Assembly: GCA_965140785.1 (NCBI GenBank)
Contig: OZ223497.1
Location: 128,001 to 192,000 of the forward strand
Length of the DNA stretch: 64,000 nucleotides
Direction: 5' to 3'
Source: an uncultured Ruficoccus sp.
GTDB lineage: Bacteria > Verrucomicrobiota > Verrucomicrobiia > Opitutales > Cerasicoccaceae
Under the pieces are notes generated by a model. It was not told the DNA's origin, ran no database searches, and saw only the letters and a program-made list of their open reading frames with translations. The position numbers were made by a program, and so were the translations under genes. Shown here in pieces: positions 49,464 through 59,244 of this stretch (position 1 is its first letter; every line of letters begins with the position of its first letter).

Positions 49464-50519
49464 ATGAAAGCACGCGTCAGTCTTACGGATATTGCCAATC
49501 GCCTGAAGGTTTCGAAAATGACGGTCTCGCTCGCGCTACGCGACAACCCGCGCATTTCAGCCGCCATGCGGGAGAAAGTTAAGATCGTGGCCGAAGAGAT
49601 GGGTTATAAGCCCAATCCGGAGGTGGCCCGCTACATGTCGGTTCTCCGGCAGGCAACTTCCGATGAGCGGGGGGTGCCGCTGGCTTATCTCACCACGGGC
49701 AGCGTTCAGCGGCAATGGCGGGCGTCACCCACCGAGTTGCATTACTGGGAAGGCGCCGTTGAGAGAGCCGCCCAGTATGGGTATTATCTCGAGGAACACT
49801 GGCTGGAGGCTCCGAATATGACACATGCGCGCATGAGCGACATCCTCTGGCACCGCGGCATCAATGGGGTGATCATTCCCCCGATCACCCGCCAACTGTC
49901 GCAGGAGCGCAGAAATATTCGCATGGATTTCAAATGGGACCGTTTTTCCGTGGTGTCCATCAGCGATATGTTGGCTAAGCCGGTTCTGAACCGGGTTGTA
50001 CATGATCATTACGCTTCGATGCTGATGCTGATGGATGTGCTCATCGAGCGGGGATATCGACGGATCGGCTTGTGCCTGACGCGGCATATGGACCTGACCG
50101 TGAATCAGCGCTGGCAGGCTGGCTATCGCGTTTACCGCGCCAACCATCCGATCAAGCGAATTGAGCCGCTGATTCGCGACGACTTGGATCCCGAGAGTAT
50201 CGCCAAGTGGGTCGATAAACATCAGCTCGACGCAGTTGTCAGCGCTGAGCGTAGAATGGCTCATTTTTTCCGTGAAATGGGCCTGCGCATGGGAAAGGAC
50301 CTGGCCTATGCTGATCTGGACGTCGATGTATCTGACCCCGAACAGGTGTATATCAGCGGGATTGTCCAGAACTCCGGGATGATGGGCAAGGCCGCCGTTG
50401 ATCTCGTCGTCTCGGCTATCCAACGTAATGAATTGGGCGTGCCGACCGTTCCGCTCGTGCTGCAGATCGAGGGCACTTGGTTGAACCGCGAATCATGTCC
50501 GGGAAAGTCCGGCGATTGA
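49464..50519 (+). CDS. LacI-family regulator (module C)
   Basis: VSLTDIANRLKVSKMTVSLALR, YGYYLEEHWL. Confidence 0.9.
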   Translation: MKARVSLTDIANRLKVSKMTVSLALRDNPRISAAMREKVKIVAEEMGYKPNPEVARYMSVLRQATSDERGVPLAYLTTGSVQRQWRASPTELHYWEGAVERAAQYGYYLEEHWLEAPNMTHARMSDILWHRGINGVIIPPITRQLSQERRNIRMDFKWDRFSVVSISDMLAKPVLNRVVHDHYASMLMLMDVLIERGYRRIGLCLTRHMDLTVNQRWQAGYRVYRANHPIKRIEPLIRDDLDPESIAKWVDKHQLDAVVSAERRMAHFFREMGLRMGKDLAYADLDVDVSDPEQVYISGIVQNSGMMGKAAVDLVVSAIQRNELGVPTVPLVLQIEGTWLNRESCPGKSGD

Positions 50520-50590
50520 AGTCAATATGCGCCTATCCTACAAATTATCTTCGTCCTCTGGTAAACTTGTCTTTGGGTGTTCGTTTTTCA

Positions 50591-51042
50591 GGTGGGGGAT
50601 GGGGTTTTAGGATTTCTTGTTCCTTCACGGCGACTTATGATTTTTCAAAGTGAGTTTGAACCCGCAAGCTTTACTGTTGTTGAGCATGTTGGCGGGGAGG
50701 GGGAAGCTGCGAAGCGCTGACCTATGAATCGTCAGCAACAGCAAGTCATCGAGTATTTGGTCGAGGTACCGAACTGAGGCGTAGCCTCGGTGACAAAGCG
50801 TAGCGCCCATGCCTGAACAAGATGATCTTTTTAAGTGAAGGTGTTCTGCGGAAGGCCATCAGTGAATACGCGCTGCATTACCATCATGAGCGACCGCATC
50901 AGGGCCGTGATAACCAGGTCATCGAACCGGACGTGGAAACCTTTCGCGCTCAAGGCTCGATCTGAAAAATCGTACACCTCGGAGGGCTCCTGAATCACTA
51001 CTATCGCGATCCATTACCGGAAATTGACGAAGAGGAGGGCCG
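50591..51042 (+). mobile_element. IS copy 3: internal deletion derivative (insert a/c fusion)
   Basis: 5' part up to insert a joined directly to ATGCCTGAACAAG, which follows insert c in copy 1. Confidence 0.85.
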
Positions 51043-51043
51043 A

Positions 51044-51727
51044 TCAATCGCTCTGGTGGTTTAAGGCGTCGAGTATATCAAGGGTGAGGGTGCGAGCGTT
51101 TTTGCGGGAATGGCGTTGGTAGTAGGACGCCACCCAGTTTTTGTGTCCGAGTAGGTGGTTTAGCGTTTTCCACCCCAAGTGCGTGTCCATATAGTTCCTG
51201 ATTTCTTGAATGCGCGCCTGGACTTCGGGCAAGCTTGCGCGTTGGTGTGTAACGATGTTCTTTTCTATCTTTGATACAAAGTAGTATTCGAATTTGAATA
51301 CGTACTTGTGGTTCCAACGGATTTCTCCGGCGCGTTTGCTTTCGGATACCAGTTGGTACTCAAAGTATTTCTTGTAGGTATCTGCCCACGACAAACGCTG
51401 CCACTCCTGATGTGTGAAGCGTTTACTGTGATGGCCGATAGGTTCGATCTTTCGGGTCTGCCCGTTGCGCTGGGTGAAGTTTTTGTTGCGGCAATACTGG
51501 TAGACGTTGATCTGGTGTAAGATCGCCTTGAGGGTAGGGGCGTCCTTCCTGCGCGTTATGTCATCGCGCAGATGCAGGGACCGCACCCAGCCTCGCTGGT
51601 AGGGCTCATCTACTTCGATCAGCGGAGCGTTGTAGTGGGCTTTAAGCAACTGCCTGTACTCTCTTTCCAGAGCCAGCAGGTGCTTATGTCTGGCCGCAAT
51701 TATCCGGCCACGAATATTCGGATTCAT
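51044..51727 (-). CDS. Basic hypothetical protein
   Basis: Open frame with EPYQRGWVR..LRDDI; start placed at MNPNIR; lower GC than neighbours. Confidence 0.6.
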   Translation of the reverse strand: MNPNIRGRIIAARHKHLLALEREYRQLLKAHYNAPLIEVDEPYQRGWVRSLHLRDDITRRKDAPTLKAILHQINVYQYCRNKNFTQRNGQTRKIEPIGHHSKRFTHQEWQRLSWADTYKKYFEYQLVSESKRAGEIRWNHKYVFKFEYYFVSKIEKNIVTHQRASLPEVQARIQEIRNYMDTHLGWKTLNHLLGHKNWVASYYQRHSRKNARTLTLDILDALNHQSD

Positions 51728-52068
51728 AGAATTTATCCACGTTGGATGAGCGATAGCCGTTGCCGGTATCGACAGTGCGCGTGCTCCGAACACGACAAAG
51801 CAGTAGCCGTGTAACGGCTGTTGAGAGTTCAGGAACTAACGCGCGGTTAGTTGATGTTGACGCTTCATGCGGGCGAAAATCCCAGCGGGGAATTTCGCTT
51901 AGAACGTCAAGCTAGTGGATAAATGTAACGACATCTGAAACCTCCTTGTTGAATCAAGGACGGCAGAAGGTTGGAACACCTGTGGCGCTTCGTCAATCTA
52001 TTTGTATTACAAAGTTCTGGTGGCTGAATTTGAGGCACTTCTCTCGTGTCATCTCATCAAACCAGCCC

Positions 52069-54171
52069 TCAGGGCTCCTGATCGGCAAGGGCTATAGGCG
52101 CATAGGTGTGATCGGTGAACGCGTATTTGTCGGGTGGGAACCAGTTCGCCTCAGCAGCGGCCTGGCCCAGCGGAGTATGTGGGCAGCGGATGACGAGAGC
52201 CTGATAAAACGGTTGGGCTGCCTGTGGGTCGCGGTACTTTAACCAGGAGCCAGCGGTGTAAAGCACGTCGGCCGTGTCTTCAGAGTCGTTGGGGAGGAGG
52301 GCGGCGGCCCAGCCGCCCAGTGTGGCCGCTCGGTAGCGGTAGTGAAAGCGTTTCTCGGGAACCGTGTGCTCTTCGATCCTTTGTAATTCGTTTCGTGTCG
52401 GGGCTAGTGGGCCGCGCTCGTAGCGGGCGAGTTCCTGACGTGTCTCGGCGGGGTTTCCGCGAAAGGCAAAGTTGCCCCACCAGATTACGTTGTCGGGAAA
52501 CAGCTCGGTGCCGAACAGTTCCATGCCGTGCTCGTAGGCGAGCGTGGCTGCGATCCAGAACGACGCGGCCCGGTTCTCGGCTGGGTGGTTGCTGTCGTAG
52601 GCCGAACGGACGAGCGCAAGGTAGCGGTCCGCCTCAGGGCGGATGGCTTCGTCGAAATAGGCTATCGCCTCGTCAAAGCGGTTATCTCGCATGAGCCGTC
52701 TGGCGAGCAGATTGCGAAGGTTTTTGCGATTTTCCTGGAGGATACTAGTATAGTAGTTCGCCCAGGAACGTGAGAGCGTATCGGGCAGCGATTCGTGGTT
52801 AGTGCTCATGGACTCATCGACTACGGCTTCCAGGCGATCATTGACATAGGCGACAAGTTCATCTGTGGAGAGGACGCGTTCGGCGATGTAGGCAGCATCT
52901 TCCCAATGTCCACCCAGCAGCCATGCGGTGAGGGCTCTCTGCGGCTCGTCCAGCGCCAGCTCGACGCGGCCCAGTTCGGCATATATGAGTCTGCGGTAAG
53001 GGTTCAGTTCCGGTTCTTTCAGCGCCTTTTGCAGTGAATGTGCCGCCAGCGCGAGGTTACCTTCGCACTGGGCGATTTTGGCAGCTATCCACGAGGCGAC
53101 CTCGGCATCGGGTGGAGCGAGTGCCAGCCACTCTTTGGCTAGCTGAGTGTCGCCGCTTTTATAGGCGAGCCAGGCGAAATTCCCATATTCGTCGATCGAT
53201 GTAATATCTTCTGCGTTAAGCGTCTTCACCCAGCGTTGGCAGGCATGAAGGACTTGCTGGTTGTATTCTTCGTCCCAGTAGTAACGGTCTGTCCCGAGCG
53301 AGAGCAAATAGGCGGTCCAGAGGCGCCGGGCGGTGGCATCGCGCGCAAAATCATCGAATAGGTCGTCTGCTAGATAGTCGTAGCGGGACTGCGTGAAGAC
53401 CTTTTGCATGACCATGCGCAGGGAGTTGAGAGCAGAGGGGGCTCCTGCCTGGTAGTGGCGCAGGTAGAGGTCGGCGGCTTCGGCGTATTGGCTGTCATTC
53501 AGGTACGCCTTTGCCTCCCAGCCCCAACTCGCGTCGCGCATGTCCTGAGAGTCGCTGAAACCCTCGGCGGCGAGTTCGCGAACCTGACGGAAACGTTGAG
53601 TCGCTTCTTCCGGAGTCGTGGCAAGACGCCCCAGCATGTACGCCGCCCAAATGGAGCGGTGCTGGCGTTCGGTGGCGGGTAGGGTGAGAAGTTCTTCCCA
53701 CGCGCGTGCGGCGTCTTCACGATCACCTTGTTTGTAGGAGCGAGCGCCCTCCAGATACAGTGCGAACTCTTCGGGGACGCTGGCCGGCATTTGGTCTTTC
53801 AATTCCTCCGCGCTTAACTCGGTGAGCTGTTCGCGAAGCTTTGCGTAAGTAGCGACAGTTTGGTCAAGCGGTTCACCGGAAAGCCCTTGCTGAGTCAGGA
53901 CGGTTGCCAGTTCCTGAACATCGTCGAGGGCGCTCATGGCTTGGGTACCGCCCGAGTCTTTGGGGCTGTCGGTATCGACTCCAGCGATGAGCGCGACCTC
54001 CTTACCGAAGAAGGCTTCAGGGGCTGCCATGATCTGCTCGGCAGGCGCATCGAAGTAGCGGTTCGGGAAATCCGGCCCGCAGGCGTGGAGGTTCGGTAGT
54101 GTTGAGCCGCCGAGTAAGAGAGCAGTCGCGGTGAGGAGGGAACGGAGGCGCAGTTTTTTTCTAAAAATCAT
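52069..54171 (-). CDS. Secreted alpha-helical/TPR-like protein (ACGPDF type), partner of DUF3142
   Basis: Signal peptide + ACGPDFP, helical repeats, RFHYRYRA; overlaps the upstream gene. Confidence 0.7.
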   Translation of the reverse strand: MIFRKKLRLRSLLTATALLLGGSTLPNLHACGPDFPNRYFDAPAEQIMAAPEAFFGKEVALIAGVDTDSPKDSGGTQAMSALDDVQELATVLTQQGLSGEPLDQTVATYAKLREQLTELSAEELKDQMPASVPEEFALYLEGARSYKQGDREDAARAWEELLTLPATERQHRSIWAAYMLGRLATTPEEATQRFRQVRELAAEGFSDSQDMRDASWGWEAKAYLNDSQYAEAADLYLRHYQAGAPSALNSLRMVMQKVFTQSRYDYLADDLFDDFARDATARRLWTAYLLSLGTDRYYWDEEYNQQVLHACQRWVKTLNAEDITSIDEYGNFAWLAYKSGDTQLAKEWLALAPPDAEVASWIAAKIAQCEGNLALAAHSLQKALKEPELNPYRRLIYAELGRVELALDEPQRALTAWLLGGHWEDAAYIAERVLSTDELVAYVNDRLEAVVDESMSTNHESLPDTLSRSWANYYTSILQENRKNLRNLLARRLMRDNRFDEAIAYFDEAIRPEADRYLALVRSAYDSNHPAENRAASFWIAATLAYEHGMELFGTELFPDNVIWWGNFAFRGNPAETRQELARYERGPLAPTRNELQRIEEHTVPEKRFHYRYRAATLGGWAAALLPNDSEDTADVLYTAGSWLKYRDPQAAQPFYQALVIRCPHTPLGQAAAEANWFPPDKYAFTDHTYAPIALADQEP

Positions 54172-55471
54172 CGGTTGCGTGAACTTGAAGGGAAACGGGT
54201 TGACGAAAGCGGAGCCAGCCGAGCGCGAGGCGTTGGTCGGGGGCGAGCGTGGCACTGGCAGGTAGGGCCTTGGTGGAAATGTGTACGGTGTGCATGTTGC
54301 GGTTGATGGTCATGGTAAAGATGCCGTTGCCATCCCAGGCGATGGGGAGGGCCGTCGGGGTGGCATCCCATGAGAGGCTGATTTCGGGTGGAAAGGACAG
54401 GGCGGTGTCCCCCGTGTTTTCGAGGTAAATCGTGGCGAGACCGTCGCTGCTTTCATTCCATTCGGGGGTTATGCTTAATCTGCGGGTGGGTATTTTCCCT
54501 TCGAGCATGGTCTGGAGTGTGCGCGGGCTCCAGTTGAGGCGATCTCCGGCCACAGGTAGCCGGAACCAGATCACGCCGAGGCAGTGCGCGGGTGGGGCAG
54601 AAGTGAGTTGCTGGGCGAGGCGGGCCATCTCTGTAGGATCGCTGCGAACAACCCGGACGCGAGTGCCCTCTGTCCATTGCGGGCGTGAGCCCTCGGCCAC
54701 GAGTGCCTTGAAGTGTCCCTCGGCGTCGAAAACAACCTCGTAGCCATAGGTCGGCAACGCGACGCGAAAAGGCACACCGACTGTCGAGGCCTGAGCGATC
54801 CAGGAGAGACTTTTAGCCGGGTCGCAGAGCGTGATCGGAGCGTCAAAAGAGGTGGGCTTCTCCAGCGAGTGAACTTGGAGGACAAAGCTGTCGGCCGCCG
54901 TTGCCAGTTGGCGGAACTCAGAAGTATGCCGCAGCCAAACGGGGAGGGCGGTGAAGCTCAGGCGCACGTCGGGAAACGCCCTTCTCAACTCTTGTCGCAG
55001 GGCCAGCAGCCACTTGCGGTAGCCGCTGAGCTTCGACTCTGCGCAGTCGAAGTCCAACTGGAACTCAGTTACTCTGATCCCTTGTGCTTGCGCCGTGATC
55101 AGGAGTCGCTCCGCCTGTGCGAGGATAGCCTTTGCTGCCGTGTCGTCCTCGCTGAACGGCCCGCCGTAGGGGCCGATGCGCATGACCAGCGCGAGCGGGA
55201 CCGAAAGCGCTTTGAGTGTTTGCGCGTCGTAGCTGGTTTGGAAAACTTGCGGCTGCCCCTTGTCGTCCCAGCTTATCTCTGCGGCGAGGATTTGCAGTCC
55301 GTCGAGTTCGGGAGAAATTTTCCTTACACTCTCGACCACCTGCGGCGTCCACTGCCTCTGCCACAGGTAGGCCTCTTGTGCCCAATCCGACCCAAATAGG
55401 CGACAGGAAAGGCCGATCAGGGCAAGCCAGCTCAGGATGCATCCCCAGTTTTTTGCCGACTCTCTTAGCAT
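54161..55471 (-). CDS. DUF3142 domain protein
   Basis: AYLWQRQWT, QLDFDCAESKL, TALPVW, VLQVHS, VALPTYG, GVIWFRLP. Confidence 0.8.
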   Translation of the reverse strand: MLRESAKNWGCILSWLALIGLSCRLFGSDWAQEAYLWQRQWTPQVVESVRKISPELDGLQILAAEISWDDKGQPQVFQTSYDAQTLKALSVPLALVMRIGPYGGPFSEDDTAAKAILAQAERLLITAQAQGIRVTEFQLDFDCAESKLSGYRKWLLALRQELRRAFPDVRLSFTALPVWLRHTSEFRQLATAADSFVLQVHSLEKPTSFDAPITLCDPAKSLSWIAQASTVGVPFRVALPTYGYEVVFDAEGHFKALVAEGSRPQWTEGTRVRVVRSDPTEMARLAQQLTSAPPAHCLGVIWFRLPVAGDRLNWSPRTLQTMLEGKIPTRRLSITPEWNESSDGLATIYLENTGDTALSFPPEISLSWDATPTALPIAWDGNGIFTMTINRNMHTVHISTKALPASATLAPDQRLALGWLRFRQPVSLQVHATDDF

Positions 55472-55789
55472 AAGGTCGGAATGGAGGGCTGGTCGTTACG
55501 CTCGGGGAACATGCCATTATATCAGTGGCAGTCGAGAAGGCGTTTCAAGGCGAAAGCATCCATTGTGAGTAAGTATTTCCCAGCCCACGGCGAAGACCAT
55601 GAAACTGGGTATGTGGAAAGCTATGCGGGCAAGATGTGGTTAACCTCTTCGTCGATCAGACTTTGCTTATGTGGTTGAAGGGGATGTTTCGTTTGCAGGT
55701 AATTTATCTTTTCTCGGAACGAGGCAACGCCTTCGGAATCTTCCTTGGCGAGAGAGGAAAGGGTACGGATCAGTAGGAGACGGCAACGA

Positions 55790-56015
55790 ACATTTGCAGG
55801 GTTACCTTTTCAAGGCACGTCTAGTCCCTATTTACCTGCTGGGAGGAATGCTACTGCTCGCCATGGCGACGCGTGTCAGCGCCGACTGGCTGCCGCTCAG
55901 CCGCATGAATCACTTAGGCTACGCAGCTATTGTCTGGATAGTTGGGCTCGGCATCTGGCTGTGCCGCTTTGGGCCCTATCTGCGCGATGACGTGGAACGT
56001 CAACAAACGATGTAA
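55790..56015 (+). pseudogene. C-terminal fragment of a membrane protein (possibly NnrS-like)
   Basis: LLLAMATRVSADW...AAIVWIVGLGIWLCRFGPYL; no plausible 5' part. Confidence 0.35.
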
Positions 56016-56087
56016 GCTGACGAATATGAACTCTCGGTAATGAGAGTTATATAAAAACTGTCGAGGCAGTGGGGGTGGTCTTCCGAT

Positions 56088-57146
56088 CTACAGGTTCAGC
56101 ATGAGCTGCTGGTACTTATCATCGTCGTAGAATTTTACACCGAGCCCGAGCAGCCGGACGCCCTTCTCACTGCGGGTGTAGGCCTCTTCCAGTAGACGCA
56201 GATAGACATCTATGTCCGGGCGCGGGTAGATGCACTCGCGGGTCGTCTGCTGGAAGTCGCTGAACTTTACCTTCACAACCAGTTTGTGAATGCTGCGGCC
56301 CTCGACTTTAAGTAGGTCCTTTTGCAGTTCATCGTAGAGCTTGTGAATCATCGATAAGCACGCTTCAAGTGAGAGTAGATCCTCCTGGAACGTGCGTTCG
56401 TTGCTGAGTGATTTCCGGATCGTGCTCGGGTCCACCGGGCGCTCATCAATGCCCCGGCAGCGCTGGTAAAGCTCATAGCTGGATGAGCCAAAATGGCGGA
56501 CCATTTTGTCCATCGCCAACGTCTGCAGCTCGCCACAGGTCTGAATACCCAGGCGGGCAATCTGCTCGGTGAGCACGGGGCCCACGCCGGGGATTTTACG
56601 CACCGGCAGGGGTTCGATGAAGGCCCCGACTTGATCGGGCGTGATCGTGTATTGGCCGTTGGGCTTTTTCCAGTCACTGGCGATCTTGGCGAGCATCTTG
56701 TTGGCGGCGATTCCTGCCGAGGCGGTCAGCCCTGTTTTGTCATAAATTCGCTGACGGATTTCCTTGGCAGTCGCGCTGGCGTAGCGCGTCGATGCGCTAA
56801 CATCGAGGTAGGCTTCGTCGAGAGACAAGGGCTCAATCAGATCCGTGTAGTCGTCGAAAATCTGGCGGATATGTAGGGACTCTTTCTTGTAGGCTTCGAA
56901 CCGAGGACGGATAATGACAAGCCCCGGGCATTGGACCTTGGCTCGCATCATCGGCATCGCACTGCGAACTCCGTATTTACGGGCCTCGTAACTGGCTGTG
57001 CAGACCACCGAGCGGGGATTATCTCCTCCCACCGCAATGGGTTTATCTCGCAACTCAGGATGGTCCCGGATCTCAATCGCCGCGTAGAAGCAATCCATAT
57101 CCACATGGATAATCTTACGGGGCGAAGATGTCGGTGTTAGCGGCAT
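56088..57146 (-). CDS. dinB: DNA polymerase IV
   Basis: IIHVDMDCFYAA, SYEARKYGVRSAM, SLDEAYLD, KIASDWKKPNG. Confidence 0.95.
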   Translation of the reverse strand: MPLTPTSSPRKIIHVDMDCFYAAIEIRDHPELRDKPIAVGGDNPRSVVCTASYEARKYGVRSAMPMMRAKVQCPGLVIIRPRFEAYKKESLHIRQIFDDYTDLIEPLSLDEAYLDVSASTRYASATAKEIRQRIYDKTGLTASAGIAANKMLAKIASDWKKPNGQYTITPDQVGAFIEPLPVRKIPGVGPVLTEQIARLGIQTCGELQTLAMDKMVRHFGSSSYELYQRCRGIDERPVDPSTIRKSLSNERTFQEDLLSLEACLSMIHKLYDELQKDLLKVEGRSIHKLVVKVKFSDFQQTTRECIYPRPDIDVYLRLLEEAYTRSEKGVRLLGLGVKFYDDDKYQQLMLNL

Positions 57147-57304
57147 GAGAATATGGCAGAGAAGGAGACTACGGTTCACACTCAGCAACCCGAAAGCCCC
57201 GGCTTGTTAACATGCTCGGATCTGGCTGTGATGCAACTCCGTGGTTAGAGGAGGGGAAATGATTGTATGGACCAATAATGAGGCAGTGCGTTCTCGTCTG
57301 CAGC

Positions 57305-57421
57305 CAACGCGACTGCATGCAACTCAATGACCTTAACTGAGTCTTAACTGGTGAATTGGTTAAGTCGCTGTATGCTGGGAATCAGTGACTTACGAGTGGG
57401 TGACCGCGTCCCGCCACCTCC
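57305..57421 (+). repeat. att-like repeat copy C
   Basis: TAAGTCGCTG-N12-CAGTGACTTA and core CCGCGTCCCGCCACCTCC at 57404-57421. Confidence 0.8.
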
Positions 57422-57449
57422 GCGGTACAGTTTGCGTAGGTAGGTCAAT
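57421..57449. repeat. 29-nt direct repeat (second copy 59353-59381)
   Basis: CGCGGTACAGTTTGCGTAggtAGGTCAAT; 27/29 identical. Confidence 0.8.
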
Positions 57450-57623
57450 TGTTGGACGTGGGACTTCTATTCTGTTTGTATTTACCAGAATATGCTCAAC
57501 GAGCCACTGACGGTGTGCAATTCCAGCAGCGTGCCTTTTGTCAGCGGGGTGAGTGATGTATTGCCATCTGTAAGCGTGAAGTACGTGGCATGTTCATATC
57601 CGGGTTCGGGATAAAAGCGTAAC

Positions 57624-58304
57624 GTGGCCTCCTCCAGGCCCGTAACCATGATCTTTCGCTTGATTTTCGTAGACTTCAGTGGCTGCTCGACGCATCGGAT
57701 TGCCGCCGACAGCGAGGCTGCCCGGCAGAACTCCGGCTTGCTCGGGCCTGCTGTGGCTATGCAGGGTGAGTGTGATTGGAACCGCTACCACTACCTTGCG
57801 GATACCGATGCGGGGGAATCTCTGATGGGCGAGCGTTTTCGGCGTGCCTGGGATTGGGGCTTTCGCAAGGTCAAACTGGATATCATTTACGGTCCGCGTC
57901 GGGAGATGTTGGCGCTGATGCGACGCGTCAGGCGGGCCTTGGCGAGCCTGCCTGGTCACATGGAATTGGAGTGTCACGTTCCTGATCCATTTTTCGCCCA
58001 GTACTGCGAAGTGGTGCGACTCAATGATGTGATGATTGGTCCGGATTTCACCGGCTGGCGTTCGGTGGCGCAAGGGCATTTCGATGTATGTCGTCAGAGT
58101 GCGCCGGCTCACCTGCTCAATCTCGACCATTTGGACGGTAACCTGTGGGATGTTGGCGAGGCCGACTTTTTGGAGCATGTGGCCCTTCAGGCCATGCAGT
58201 TGCCGTGGGGCTGTCCCGTGGTGAGCTTGCTTCCCAGGCATGTCGGGCCGCAGGCCGAGGAGGCGGTGAGAGAATTATTGGATGCGGGGAATGCCGGGGC
58301 GTAG
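57624..58304 (+). pseudogene. 5'-truncated glycoside-hydrolase fragment (GH27/36-like)
   Basis: WGFRKVKLD resembles the clan GH-D nucleophile strand, VRLNDV; no credible N-terminus. Confidence 0.4.
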
Positions 58305-58464
58305 GTCAGTGGGGAGTTGTGTTTGCCTTGTATCTTTGATGATCGTTTTCGGATGATATGCTATGTTATGCTCGGACAGCTAAACTGCTGATAGATACAG
58401 GGATTCTTAGTGATTTATGGGAATTTTGTTGTGTTTCATTATTTAAAACACATGGCTTTTATTC

Positions 58465-59244
58465 ATGCCTAGAGTTCTTACCTTGGAGAAGAGTATTTCT
58501 GTTCTGGAAACGGTGTTTTATTCGCCGAATGGTATGGGCACCCGTGCCTTGGCGCAGCAACTTGGGCTCAATGTAGCAACGGTTCACAATATTGCGTGGA
58601 CCTTTTGTGAACGCGGCTATCTGCGCCAAGATGCTCACTCGAAGCGTTTTTTTCCGGGGGTTCGGCTCATGTTGCTTGGACGACACCCTTCCTACCTCCA
58701 TTCGCTGACCGCGTCTGCCAAAGCGATTGTCGAGGATGTTGCTAAAACGCTCAACGAGAGTATTCTCCTTTCCTTCATTGATCATGGCCGGATTGTGAAT
58801 CTGATGTATATCCCCAGTCGGCAGGCACTCCGGGTTCATGAGCCCGAGGATGTCAGCGATCATGCTTACTGTACCGCCTTTGGGAAGGTGCTCCTTTCAT
58901 CGCTTTCCGAGCAAGACTTGGAGCGTTATTTGCAGGAGTATAAGCTTGAGAGGCTCACCCCCTCCACTCTTGACACGCCCGAAAGGCTGCGGGAGGAACT
59001 GCAAAAGGTGCGCGAAGTTGGCTATGCCAGCACACAAGACGAATACTGCGAGGGTATTAGTGCTGTTGCCATTCCCATCAAAGACCCCTGGGGCGGGATT
59101 TTTGCCAGCATTGGAGCCAGTGCTCCTACGGTCCGATTGAAACAGGCCAAGCAGTTTGAGAACACTATGCAGGTTTTGCGCAAGGCGGCTACGGCCATAG
59201 AATCTGCGTGGGGGGAGGATATGCGGGCAAGTGCTCCGAAATGA
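58465..59244 (+). CDS. IclR-family regulator
   Basis: LAQQLGLNVATVHNI, CTAFGKVLL, VREVGYA...GISAVAIPI; upstream TGTTTCA-N5-TAAAACA at 58432-58450. Confidence 0.9.
   Translation: MPRVLTLEKSISVLETVFYSPNGMGTRALAQQLGLNVATVHNIAWTFCERGYLRQDAHSKRFFPGVRLMLLGRHPSYLHSLTASAKAIVEDVAKTLNESILLSFIDHGRIVNLMYIPSRQALRVHEPEDVSDHAYCTAFGKVLLSSLSEQDLERYLQEYKLERLTPSTLDTPERLREELQKVREVGYASTQDEYCEGISAVAIPIKDPWGGIFASIGASAPTVRLKQAKQFENTMQVLRKAATAIESAWGEDMRASAPK

Noticed and set aside
57147..57300. LexA/SOS box upstream of dinB
   Set aside because: No TGTTC-N4-GAACA or CTGT-N8-ACAG match found by eye
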